Of a stretch of DNA of 64,000 nt, positions 54,004 to 64,000 are shown in pieces. The notes below the pieces were generated by a model. It made no database searches. It saw only the letters and a program-made list of their open reading frames with translations, and was not told the DNA's origin. The DNA comes from Laetmonice hystrix (lineage: Eukaryota). Position 1 is the stretch's first letter. Each line of letters opens with the position of its first letter. The stretch is from assembly GCA_965235115.1 (NCBI GenBank), contig OZ249436.1:19532001-19596000 (forward strand), written 5' to 3'. A program made the position numbers and the translations under genes.

Positions 54004-55361
54004 TTTTCGGTTATGATCTCCTGAATTGAAGGTATTCCTAGCCTACAATTTCGTATAGGCCTAAGTTAAAGCGATCCGAAACCGCCACTAGCAATAGGGC
54101 CCATGGATAACCATGGTATAGTGCCTTTTACCTGCCACCATCTAATTCCCACAAAGTCTGTGTGTTAAAAGTAATCCCCGGTAGAAACTGACAGTTGCCC
54201 GTTTTCTCACTGCGTCCATCTTGCCGAAATTCACTGCCGTGAGACCTTAAAAAATGGCGTCCCTAGAGCCTACCCCATTCCCAATCACTGTGTTGGTTAA
54301 CCATCTTCACGGACACTATGTACAATAATGGTTACTGGTGAACTCGGACCATGGTTATCTCGGCCCATGTCGATTACATGACTTCATGTCCCATGCGTGC
54401 CCTGTCCCAGGCTCCATGCCTCACCCGACACCCGAGTCAGGTGGTCAAGAGTCTCAAGTCAACAACGGGCAGCATGCTCCCGGCGGGCGTGCACTGGTGG
54501 TTGGACGGGGCCAGACATGCCAATTTGGTCGATCGACAACGTAGTGAAAAATCTCTTACCGGGCGCTTAAACGAACAGAAATTCGTCGCAATACCCTCCA
54601 ACGCATGAAATGGTGGCTGAAAGCTATTATTTATACGGAGAATTGTCAACTAGAGAATGAAATGTAGGCCCACACTGGTTGGGTCATGGATGGAGTCTGA
54701 CAGTAGTGACAGACTACGGCAGTCTACGGCCGGGGACATGGCGTGCACTGCCACTGTCAAAGCGTCGGGCTACCGTTCAGCTAGCACACCCAGGCATATC
54801 GTCACGAAGGATCAGCACCAAGTCAGTGGTGTGGTTAGACCTGCTGATCGGTCTCCTAGTACTATGACACGGATAATCCTACTCGCAGCTCTCAGTCTAG
54901 ACTCTCTGACTACCTTGTATCCTCACCCGATCTGACAGCTGGTCGAAACTCGCGGCTCTGGCGACGTCACACTTCCGGGTGACCTGACTGTTTTTGATTG
55001 GCTGAATCAATCTCCCATGTGATAATGTGATGTAAAATGGCGCCGAGTTCATTTCTCGGCTAGAGGTACGGTACTCGTAGTTTAAGGTTGGCATTCTCGT
55101 TTATGTAAAACCTATTGACCTGCATTTATTGCTGATGTTATTCTTTATTGTATAAGGCATATGGGAAGGTATAAGGTAGCTGGATTGTTGCATTTGGCTT
55201 TAAATAGGTATAATTTTAAAGGTCCACTATTTTTAAAACATGTAATATCGACACCCTGCCATATAAATCAGCTTATATGTCACACGTAAAACTCAAATAA
55301 ATTGAAGTGAGACCAACCAAATGTAATGTGAGAATGCTCAGCTGACTCCGTTGCAATCTAA

Positions 55362-56161
55362 AGCCGGCCACACACCAAGGAAACTGGGTCATCCGACCCG
55401 ACCGGACTGGACAGTTTCCTTGGTGTGTGCGCCCCTACGACCCGACGAGACGGTTTTTGCCAGTCGGCGACGGCCAGTTTTTCAGATTAAACATGTTGAA
55501 TATGAAAGACTGCGACTCCCGACTCCCGACTCGGTGTGTGTTGACAGTCGGCAGTCTTTAGTCGGCTGGGAGGCAATAGCCAATCAGTGCTCGGCAAAGT
55601 ACCATGTGATGATTCGTGTCATGTGATCCATATAGGCCTAGTGTCCATACGGGGAAAAAAGAAGAGGCATGGAAGAAAGTAGCAGCAGAGTTTGAGGAAA
55701 AGTGGAATTTTCCTCATTGTGTTGGAGCACTGGATGGCAAGCACATCAGACTCAAACCACCAGCAAATTTCGGGTCCATTTTCCATAATTATAAACTAAA
55801 TTATATTATTGAAGGACTATTTCAACTCAACAGACGGGGCAGTATCATGGCAGGATAGCATGATTTGTTAAAGTGCCACTCATTTCAACTGGATGAATTT
55901 GATCAATTTTCGATCCTGTACGACCTACTCGAAGTTGCGCAATCACAAACTGTTTACTTTGGTGGTTTGGGCAAAGTTCCACATGGAGCGCTGTAGTTGC
56001 ACGCTTAGTATGGAAGATTTCCGGGTGGGGCGCATCCATCGCATCAACGACTGTCAGTCGGGAGTCGGCTCGGTGTGTGCGGGGGGCACACACCTAGTCT
56101 TAGCGCCATAAAACTGGTCAGTCTCTGCGACTGACCCAGTTTCCTTGGTGTGTGGCGGGCT
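55362..56161 (+). mobile_element. Internally deleted PIF/Harbinger transposon (800 bp)
   Basis: TAA|agccggccacacaccaaggaaactgggtca ... tgacccagtttccttggtgtgtggcgggct|TAA. The empty site is visible in the paralogous copy near 43575, and a transposase remnant lies inside. Confidence 0.92.
55661..55795 (+). pseudogene. Harbinger/HARBI1-type DDE transposase fragment
   Basis: EEAWKKVAAEFEEKWNFPHCVGALDGKHIRLKPPANFGSIFHNYK carries the typical FP-x-C-x-GA-x-DG-x-H...NYK motif around the first catalytic Asp. Confidence 0.9.
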
Positions 56162-57143
56162 TAACGCTCTGCCTTCGAACCGCTTGGCCATCCATTTTCG
56201 ATAACCGTGTACTAACAGGGGAATTTCCACGCTCAGTTTCAGTGCTGCGCGCCTCTCACAGTCTAAGGTGACGCTTGGAGTATGGCGTTTCAAGGCCATC
56301 CACCTAACTAACACTAACCCTAGGCCTAACCTTGACCTTAACCCAAACACACTCTCGCATCTCGCATGTCGTCGCCAGTATTCCATAGGTAGGCCTACCA
56401 CCTCAAAGGTCTCTGTCAGTAGCAGCGAATTAGATGGTAGCATGTAAAAGGCACTATACCATGGTTATCACTTGTGGAGGTTTCGGTTCGCTTTAAATAA
56501 TATGGAAAATTTCATTGCTGATTTGAAACACGGTGAAATGGCCACCCATACACTCATACACACTTAAGAAACCTTTAGTGTCTTGGCCGAAGGGATTAAT
56601 GCATCGGTTCGTTTGGTTGCGAGGCCGATTTCAAACCCCTGTCGCGATGTCTACTTACGCTGAGATGCCCCTGTTAATGTGTATAGTTTTCGCTCGGTCC
56701 TCGGTCAAGAAATTATTTATTCCGACGGTGATTTTGACTTGTCAGGCCTTTTGTTTTAAGTTGAATCCAAGTTTTTGAAACTCGAGCCATCGCCTTTTAC
56801 GCATGGTACGCATGCGCGAACCGGAACAGGTTCCATTTGCACATGCGCAGTACCGACAAACGACAATGGCGGACAGGAACGAATCTTCGGTTGGCTTCGA
56901 TTGAGGGTATAAAAACGGCCGTAATATATTACAGAAGGAGCGCATTACTTCCTAAACTGTGCGCTGCACGTCGTCAGATGTAAATGGACGTAATCATGTA
57001 TTTGTAGAGATATGAATCGGTGCCGTTTCTTTATTTGAAGGGATTTTTTCAAAATCTCGACGTGTCGTCCAACGACCCTAACACGCTAGTGTATAGGGGA
57101 GAGTCAACGGCTAGGCGCGACCCAGCGATCCTTAAGCTGTCTA

Positions 57144-57676
57144 AAGGCCCGGCCACACAGAGCCGACTACCCCCAACCCGATGGTCGGAGGCCCAGGGGG
57201 TCCAAATCGGCAAACTACTCAGTCAGTCTGATATAGGCCCAACCATGCCACACTGAATGCGATCCGAAAGTCGGGAGTGGGATGCCACACTAGCGACACC
57301 ACTCGTGACCAGTATATACTATTGTAACTATTCATTCCCCTAGCGGTAGTTCCCACTCCGCCATGTTGTTTGTGTTGTCCCGCTCGCAGGGTATCTTGGG
57401 AGCAGCGTTTGTATGGTGCGCGCTGTGATTGGCTGGTAAGCAGCCCGACTGTTGAGTCTGGTCGGTAAGTATGCCACACAGGCCCGACTAGGCCCGACCA
57501 GACCAAACCGTTTGGTCGCTCATCTGGTGCAGGACAAGATGAACGACCGGACTGGTCAGTCGGTGAAAAACACCCGACTACGGCCGACTGACCATGCCAG
57601 ACAGGGCCGACTACCCCCGACTCGACTCCCCCAGACCATCGGGTCGGGGGTAGTCGGCTCTGTGTGGCCGGGCCTT
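57144..57676. mobile_element. MITE with ~40-bp TIRs resembling the neighbouring Harbinger ends
   Basis: aggcccggccacacagagccgactacccc...cccgatggtc is mirrored at 57634-57676. Flanks read TA/TA or TAA/TTA, so the target site duplication is ambiguous. Confidence 0.85.
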
Positions 57677-58054
57677 TAGGCGACTTTTAAAAATACCGTT
57701 CGGGTCATGCGCTATTTTCACAGCAGACGCCCTTTTCTCTCTCTTGACACCCTTATTGGGGCATATTGACAAATACAGAGTTTGTGTGCGGCTATCGTTT
57801 GCAACCCTCTCTGAAATCGTCGATGAATCTGTCGCCATCTTGCTTCGAATTGGTTTAGCGGTGACGTCATGGGCATGTTTCTGATGAAAGTGGAATCGCG
57901 GCGGTACTTGAATAGCGGCACTCCGGTTGGGATTCTGCGTGCTTCGTTCCGTCTGGCGGCAATATAACAATTCGTGGAAAAGTAGGCCCCCTAGGGCAGC
58001 CAAGCAAACGAGGCCAGCGGGAGAATGTCTAGCTACATATCAGTTGATTATTCC

Positions 58055-58060
58055 TTTATT
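58055..58060 (-). other. Candidate polyadenylation signal AATAAA for the dehydratase-like gene
   Basis: tttatt on the plus strand ~700 nt downstream of the stop codon; motif only. Confidence 0.3.
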
Positions 58061-58753
58061 AAAGATCAGACCATCACAGGATTGTAGGTAGGAACAAGCT
58101 TGTCCATGCTGAACACCTTTATATTGATAGTTTGAACTTTTCAAATCGAGCACGAGGGAAATGTTCACGTTACAAAAACACACAAAACAACTGCTGTGCT
58201 GCCAGTCAAGATCAATCAATGGTTGACGACTTCATGGTTCACAATGACAATGTTCTCCCTATTACGTCACAATGTTGATTATACATTAGGCCTATATCGT
58301 CATGGCTATAGGCTGAGTGTAGCCTACGTAGATTTATGGTGAATCCCTTTTGAGATCTTTTGACATTCCAAGACTGCATGTGTGATTTGGTTTTCTCAGT
58401 TTCCAGTCTATGCTAGAACTATATGCGAATTATTGGGACATAATACAAAATGTCAAACGGTTGGTTCAGATTTCATCCAAGCGACCCAGCCTTGATCATC
58501 ACGTCTTCTGTCGGCATGTACGCTCATTTACCGGAGAGACGGCGCCCCAGTCTGCCAAGCGATCAATCCTTGGGCCAATTATTTCCTCAAACGGAAATCC
58601 GGAATTTGCGAATCTCCGAGGTCCCCAGCGCGATTCCAGCGGGTTCCAAGACGGTTAATTCAGAAAGCGAAAGGGTAAGCACTACACCCCTAGCCTTTGC
58701 CAGGGGCCTACAGGGACACAGGTAGCCTACACGTGTTGTCTAGACACACCAGT

Positions 58754-58886
58754 TTAGGAAATGGTAAAAACCGGTTCTCCCAACACGTCCGGTATAGGCG
58801 TCACTCCAAGTCCATGCTCTGTCGACGCCTTCATCTTCCCGTTGACACGTTCTGGGCCTCCCTTAGCGTTCCGAACTGTGTTATAA
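58754..58886 (-). CDS. Dehydratase-like gene, last coding exon ((S)[10 protein letters not shown]...[10 protein letters not shown])
   Basis: Acceptor tcttcttgcag|, phase 2; TAA at 58756-58754. Confidence 0.92.
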
Positions 58887-61438
58887 CTGCAAGAAGATGG
58901 AACAATTTGGTTTCATTGTCTGTAGGAGCTATTAAATCAAAGGGCCATGGAATGAATGTAGCCAAATCTCTAAAAAGCACCTGTTAAAGTCGGTTGAGGA
59001 AAAGCGGAACTTCTCTGGCGTGCTGTGGGCGAGATGTGCGATGGCTGATGTGGCGATGTCACTACCCCACGTATCCTCCAAGGTCATCGCTATTCCAAGA
59101 CTCACACAAAGGTCACGTGCCTTGTTTTGCAATCAGAGTTAGAACATTCAAAATTACGCATCGTAATTCTGTAAGCAGGCCACTCAAGTATGCCTATATA
59201 TAGCAGAGTCATGGACACGTCGATCCCACATTGCCTAATAGACCCCTTTGGTAGGGTGCGAATGCTATACCCCCAAGAAAACAACGTTGGTGTTATTTAC
59301 TATAATCTACCCTTACTGCACGGGCAACATGCACGTTTATTCTGTCCAGTTGAAGTACGCCACAATGCCTAGCTGTCTGCCTCAAACAGCAAATATATAA
59401 GGAGAAAGACAAGCAAGTGTCGGGCCAGTGTCTCAGGCCTACATGGCTTATTCAATATTCTATAGATAGACACATAACCTGTTTCGTCTTGGTGAGACCT
59501 CCTAGTTTACTGATTTTCAGATTGACCACGTCTGCTGCGCGGTCGTTATGGATACGTAGGAGCATGCGCACATCGTCCATGTTTTCATCGATGATAAAAG
59601 GTCTGAAATTATTTTTTAAGAAAAGACATTTTAGTTGAGCATAGATGATTCTCTGATGTCTATTCAAAGTTTTACTTTCCAGGTGGATTCCGACTAATCC
59701 CTACCTGTCCGTGTGTTCACGTACTGTCAGGCATTCTTCGTACGTCCGACAGGGTTGTTCTATATAAACATCCAAGTCCTGGACGGCGTTTGCTATTCTT
59801 ATCGCCTGATGAGGTAGCCAGCCTACGATATATAAGATAAATCTATTATGTTATCCATAGGCATAACACCATAACTTTTGTGTAAATCTACTGCTGGACG
59901 GATAGACAACATCTGGTAGTTTCATAGAGGTTGAGAAAGGTTGTTGACCTAGTCCTAAATACATGGTTTCTCGGTCTATGATGCCATCAGGCCTAATTTG
60001 ATGAAGTTCCAGACCAAAGCTTTTATTTTTATTTGACACGAGGTCGCGCCAAATCAGGTAGGTTATGATATATGATTTATGGTCACTCACAACCAGGATT
60101 AGCGTTAAGGACCTATAGCTATATAGGTCAATGATATGCATCTATGCCAGATAATTTCCAACCCGTGTTAGCGTCTCCAACGAGCACGTCGCCAGGTTCT
60201 AGAGCAGCGCGGACCATCCGTATCCTCTCAATGTCGTCATCAGGGGCGCCACCTAGCTTCAACTGAAACTTTCTGTATCCTTCCGCGCGGTACTTGAGTA
60301 CATTATCTCTCATTTGTGCTGGCGGCTTCTGACTCATCGTACGGTAAAGCTCAACAGCTTCCCCTTGCCGTCCTCCAAGTAGCGTACACACAGGCAGTTT
60401 CGTGAACTACGAACAGAGGGATTATTTTGTCGTTGTGTGGGCCCGCTTAAGAACTTCCCAGACCTAAAAGACTAGATCTATAAATGAAAACTCTTGTTTA
60501 AAAAAAAACAACCTTAGAACGAAAAGAGATATATACGTAAAAGCGAGAAAGGCTCACAGTGTAAGTTTAATCCAAAAAAGGGGAAGACAAAGGGGAAGAC
60601 CAACACCAAAAAGGCAACTTGAGCTGCCAAAAATATGCTGAATCGGAGTGAGGAGGAAGAATGACCATGCATCATACGTGCCGAGCTTTGTGGTGACATA
60701 TGGCCAGCCGGGACAGGTTTGGGTGTCAGGCGTGCAATAAATGCGATCACCTGGATTGTTCCCTTGCGGTTCCCTTTTTCATTTGTCCAAACTGAAATTG
60801 GTCTCCCTCATTTTATGCGACCATTTTTGTTCAAATCTTGTTACTGAAGAATTATGCAGCTATTGTTCACGATATTTAACAATGAGAACAAAGTATAACT
60901 CCCCCTCCTCAGTTACTGAAAATGTAGTAGGCCCTATAAGATTTGTGGAGAATTCCTTTTCGATAAGGAAGCAGGACTGAATAAACTAATGTCAGTGATT
61001 GGGCAAAGGCTGATATGGGCCACCCACAGACTTTTTGTCCCGACCCGTGGGCCCGTTTTCCCAGGGGGTCACTTCCTGATTCTGACTAACAAAATGATCA
61101 GATTTGTTCTATAACGTGGGTGTCTTGCACCACGCTACCCTATACAATTATTATCTTATACTTAACGGGGACAGAACTATTCAATTCGAACGTCACGATA
61201 AAAGGACATGCACTTAAGGCAAATCATCAACAAATTATACCTTTCCTAGGATATCCCAGCAGGCGACGTCGACGCCGGTCTTGACGTACGGGTGGCCCTT
61301 GAGGTGGTAATCCATGGTCTCGTTTAGAGCGCCAAGTTCCAGCGGGTTGACACCTAGGAGTTTTGGGCCAAGCTCCTTGAGTCCCGCCCTCACTCCGGCC
61401 GGGTACGACGGCAAGTAGTACGCACCAAGGGGGCATAT
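58754..61438 (-). CDS. Spliced gene, 5'-partial: enolase-superfamily enzyme, cis-3-hydroxy-L-proline dehydratase-like; join(61438-61241, 60406-60163, 59822-59705, 59602-59479, 59120-58981, 58886-58754), 318 aa
   Basis: All five introns are GT-AG with matching phases. Motifs include [56 protein letters not shown] and GLGVTP. Confidence 0.95.
58981..59120 (-). CDS. Dehydratase-like gene exon ([19 protein letters not shown]...STDFN)
   Basis: Acceptor aacaag|, donor AG|gtgctt; 140 nt. Confidence 0.93.
59479..59602 (-). CDS. Dehydratase-like gene exon (PFIIDEN...[15 protein letters not shown])
   Basis: Acceptor aatttcag|, donor CAG|gttatg; 124 nt. Confidence 0.93.
59705..59822 (-). CDS. Dehydratase-like gene exon (WLPHQAIR...[19 protein letters not shown])
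   Basis: Acceptor tatcgtag|, donor AG|gtaggg; 118 nt. Confidence 0.93.
60163..60406 (-). CDS. Dehydratase-like gene exon ([12 protein letters not shown]...FQLKLGG...GDANT)
   Basis: Acceptor ctctgttcgtag|, donor G|gttgga; 244 nt. Confidence 0.93.
61241..61438 (-). CDS. Dehydratase-like gene exon ([10 protein letters not shown]...ACWDILGK)
   Basis: Acceptor tttctcccttgacgacag|, donor AAG|gtataa; 198 nt, phase 0 at both ends. Confidence 0.93.
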
Positions 61439-61464
61439 CTGTCGTCAAGGGAGAAACATGTTAA

Positions 61465-61814
61465 AGGGAACCGAAACCGCCACAAGCGATAGGGCCCATG
61501 ACTAACCATGGTATAGTGCCTTTCACCTGCCAGCATCTAATTCCCAAAAAGTCTGTGTGCTAAAAGTAATCCCCGATAGAAACTGACAGTTGACCTTATG
61601 CCTACTGCCTCCATCTTTCTGCAGTCACTGCTGTGAGACCTTATAAAAAAAATGGCGTCGCTAGAGCCTACCCCACTCCCCATCACCGTGTTGGTCAACC
61701 ATCTTCACCGACACTATGTACAATAATGGGTACTGGTGAACTCGGCCCATGGTGACCTAGCTCGGACCATGGTGATCTCGGCCCATGTCGATTACATGAC
61801 TCTTTGTCCCATGT
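61465..61814. mobile_element. Left arm of a second Kolobok-like family A copy, in an intron
   Basis: TTAA|agggaaccgaaaccgccacaag... is colinear with 54070-54395; similarity stops where the LINE-like sequence begins. Confidence 0.85.
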
Positions 61815-61815
61815 C

Positions 61816-64000
61816 CAAAGCGGGAGGATTAAATATGGCCGAATAGCGTGCTGCGAAATGCTATACGATAAGGATAAGAACCCAATCGGAAGATACAACA
61901 GGTGTACAGGGGTTCGATTCGTGCAGAAGAAAGTCATCTAAGGGCAGTCTGTATGTGGACACCGGGGGTATCTTCCTAATACCACCTTCTAACATATCCA
62001 CGACACACAAACCAAATACTGAATCAACACAGCATTTAACACCCAACAACTCTATGAAATAGTAGCCAACAACCAACAAGAAGTCAATCAATGACTTTGA
62101 CCAGATCCTCATATTAGTAGGCACCTAAAACTCTCCCAACCATCTCACCTAATCCAACAAGATATCTCCAAGACAACCAAACTCATCATTCCAGACAAAG
62201 TGACCATCATCGAACCACCAAAAATAGCCAACATCAACCAAGAAATTGAAACAAAAACCTTCATCAAACTACTAAAGAAAGCCGACCTCAAGACCTTCGA
62301 CCCATTCCCAACCAACACAAAACTCCAACCAGACGGCATACATATCACCGAAGACACAGCAGCCAAAGCAGCCCAACATATCCAAACAGAAATTGAGAAA
62401 ATGGGACACCCAACTGACCCAACCCAAACCCAAACCCACAGCAACATCAAAGCAAGACTTGGCCCCCTCCTAACCACTAACAAACCGGAACCACCACTTC
62501 CAAAGACCATGTACAACCCTAATCAGGCATGTCATTGGAAAAGAATGGCAAAACCATCAAACATATTATAACCGAACACCAAACATTAGCCCACTACGAC
62601 AACGACACGGAACTCATGACCATCAAAGGGCACACCAAACTCCAAATCGACAACACAATCAACGACATCGAATCAGCACTAATCAAAAGAGGATACTCCA
62701 CACATGACGAGGACACCCGCCAAATTAGCAAACGAGTGAGTGAGTGAGTAGTGGTGGTTTTCCGCCGTGTCGGCATCCGGGGCCATCTTCCCGGCGAAAA
62801 CAGGGTTAAAAGACCAAAAAATGAAAGGAACCTATTTTATCCCAGGCCCCAACGGGAATATCATTAAAACACACTCCATCCTGTCAGCTCAACCGGGCTA
62901 TCGACGAGCCTGAACTATAAAAGAGTCAGAAGTCCAGCTTCTGACAAAAACTCTAAAATCACTCCTGGTCTGACATTGTTAAAAAGATCCCCTCACTATA
63001 AAACCGTTGTCTGATCAGAGTAAAATCACCACACTCAAGTAAAAGATGCTTCAGTGTCAAAGGACATTGACAGCCATGACATTCTGGAGGTGGCTCCCCC
63101 TTCAATGAAAACACATGAGTTAATCTAGAATGACCAACTCTGCATCGAGTAAAAACAATTTCATGCCTACGTTGGGTTAGGCCGTGACGGTACCTTTGGT
63201 TCACGACGGGACCGATCTGATACAATTTATTGTTTGGTTGTTCATCCCATTCAGCCTGCCATTTGTTCCTAACGTAAGCCCAGATGGTAGGTCTGAGATC
63301 AGAGGCAGGGATTGGACACAGTTCGACGTCTGTTTCAAGAGCCCTCTTGGCAGTTTTGTCAGCTTGCTCATTGCCCGGGATGACAACATGACCAGGCACC
63401 CAGCAAAATTGAATATCAAAGTTTGCATTGGCAAGCACTGCCAACTTGGACAAGATTTGAACGATCACTGGGTGAAATAGCAAACAAACACAGACCCAAA
63501 CCCAAACCTACCGACAGGAGGAAACTTACTGACAGGAGGAATCCTACAAAATAACAAGAGATGATACCACCAGACCCACCCAACGAACATCAACACAACA
63601 CCGATCCCCCCCCCCCCCAAAGATACAGACCCCGAGACTACAGCCCAGCCTACACTGACATCAGATACCGTGAACACAGGAGCAGACAAAAATAGGATAA
63701 GAGCCCCCCCCCCCCCCGCACCAACAAACAACCCTACAACCACCTGAACCGCCACATAGAACCCTAACCCCCTAAAGCCCGAGAACCTACCAAACCACCA
63801 AACCCGTACAAGGAAAAAAACAAACCCAAGCCAACCCACCAAAATCAACGCAAATGCCAATGGAATCACAGGGAAAACTAACAGCCTCAAAGCCACACTA
63901 CGAGAAACCCAAAGTGACATAGCCATAACCACTGAAACCAAGACAACAAAAAAACGAAAAAAGACGGGTACACGTGGTACCACAAACCCAGACCGAACAG
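61816..64000 (+). mobile_element. Decayed non-LTR retrotransposon: ORF1 region with SGNH-esterase-like and KH-like motifs, then the start of an APE endonuclease; runs off the window
   Basis: DQILILVGT (~62100), QPDGIHI (~62330), RHVIGK/NGKTIKHI (~62525, frameshifted), and NANGITGK...DIAITTETK.../GYTWYHKPR (63850-64000). The sense strand is strongly A/C-rich; the 5' boundary is approximate. Confidence 0.75.
62734..63477 (-). mobile_element. 5'-truncated I-group (I/Nimb/Ingi-like) LINE with RNase H C-terminus, CCHC knuckle, 3'UTR and (ACTC)n tail
   Basis: WVPGH..IPGNEQAD..AK (RNase H), R.R.GH...C..C.....H....C; target site duplication TAGCAAAC at 62726-62733 and 63478-63485. Confidence 0.93.

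Larger units (their letters stand above)
55220..56304. mobile_element. Kolobok-like family B fragment nested in family A and interrupted by a Harbinger insertion
   Basis: TTAA|aggtccactat terminus; reverse-complement similarity to 43453-43716 on both sides of the Harbinger insertion. Confidence 0.65.
54070..56492. mobile_element. Kolobok-like non-autonomous element (family A) carrying nested insertions
   Basis: TTAA|agcgatccgaaaccgccac...gataaccatggtatagtgccttttacctgccaccatctaattc is mirrored at the right end (...gtggaggtttcggttcgct|TTAA). A second copy of the left ~350 bp starts at 61465. Confidence 0.8.

Noticed and set aside
56800..57900. Promoter-like motifs (gcatgcgc, aatggcgg, caagatggcg on minus) suggesting a gene start
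   Set aside because: They lie among transposon fragments, point towards each other, and lead to no exon or ORF; such motifs are common inside DNA transposons.
63465..63983. 172-aa hydrophobic minus-strand ORF resembling a membrane protein
   Set aside because: It is the antisense of an A/C-rich LINE sense strand, which yields V/G/F/L-rich translations.
1..64000. tRNA, rRNA or conserved bilaterian miRNA genes
   Set aside because: None recognised by eye; B-box-like gttcga strings near 49860 and 61912 lack a cloverleaf. tRNAscan-SE and Infernal would be needed to exclude them.

Overview
Eukaryotic genomic DNA, probably from a marine invertebrate (inferred from GT-AG introns, animal-type transposons and abundant minisatellites; the species cannot be determined). 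The only protein-coding gene I can build is on the minus strand at 58754-61438. Six spliced exons give 318 aa of an enolase-superfamily (mandelate racemase/muconate lactonizing) enzyme resembling bacterial cis-3-hydroxy-L-proline dehydratase; its first exon(s) lie beyond the window end. The first ~54 kb has no recognisable CDS. It holds ~25 unrelated minisatellite arrays (roughly 18 kb by my estimate) and signs of a spliced, apparently non-coding minus-strand transcript (exons near 29.0 kb, 28508-28426 and 7313-7201). Inside its ~21-kb putative intron, a 39-bp satellite repeats a pyrimidine-tract-CAG|GTAAG motif ~30 times, resembling recursive splice sites. From 43 kb onward there are nested transposons: TTAA-flanked Kolobok-like elements, PIF/Harbinger derivatives, a MULE-like MITE, an I-group LINE 3' fragment, and a decayed LINE whose ORF1 region appears to combine an SGNH esterase with a KH domain. 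Nearly all ORFs in the supplied track are artefacts of repeats or random sequence.
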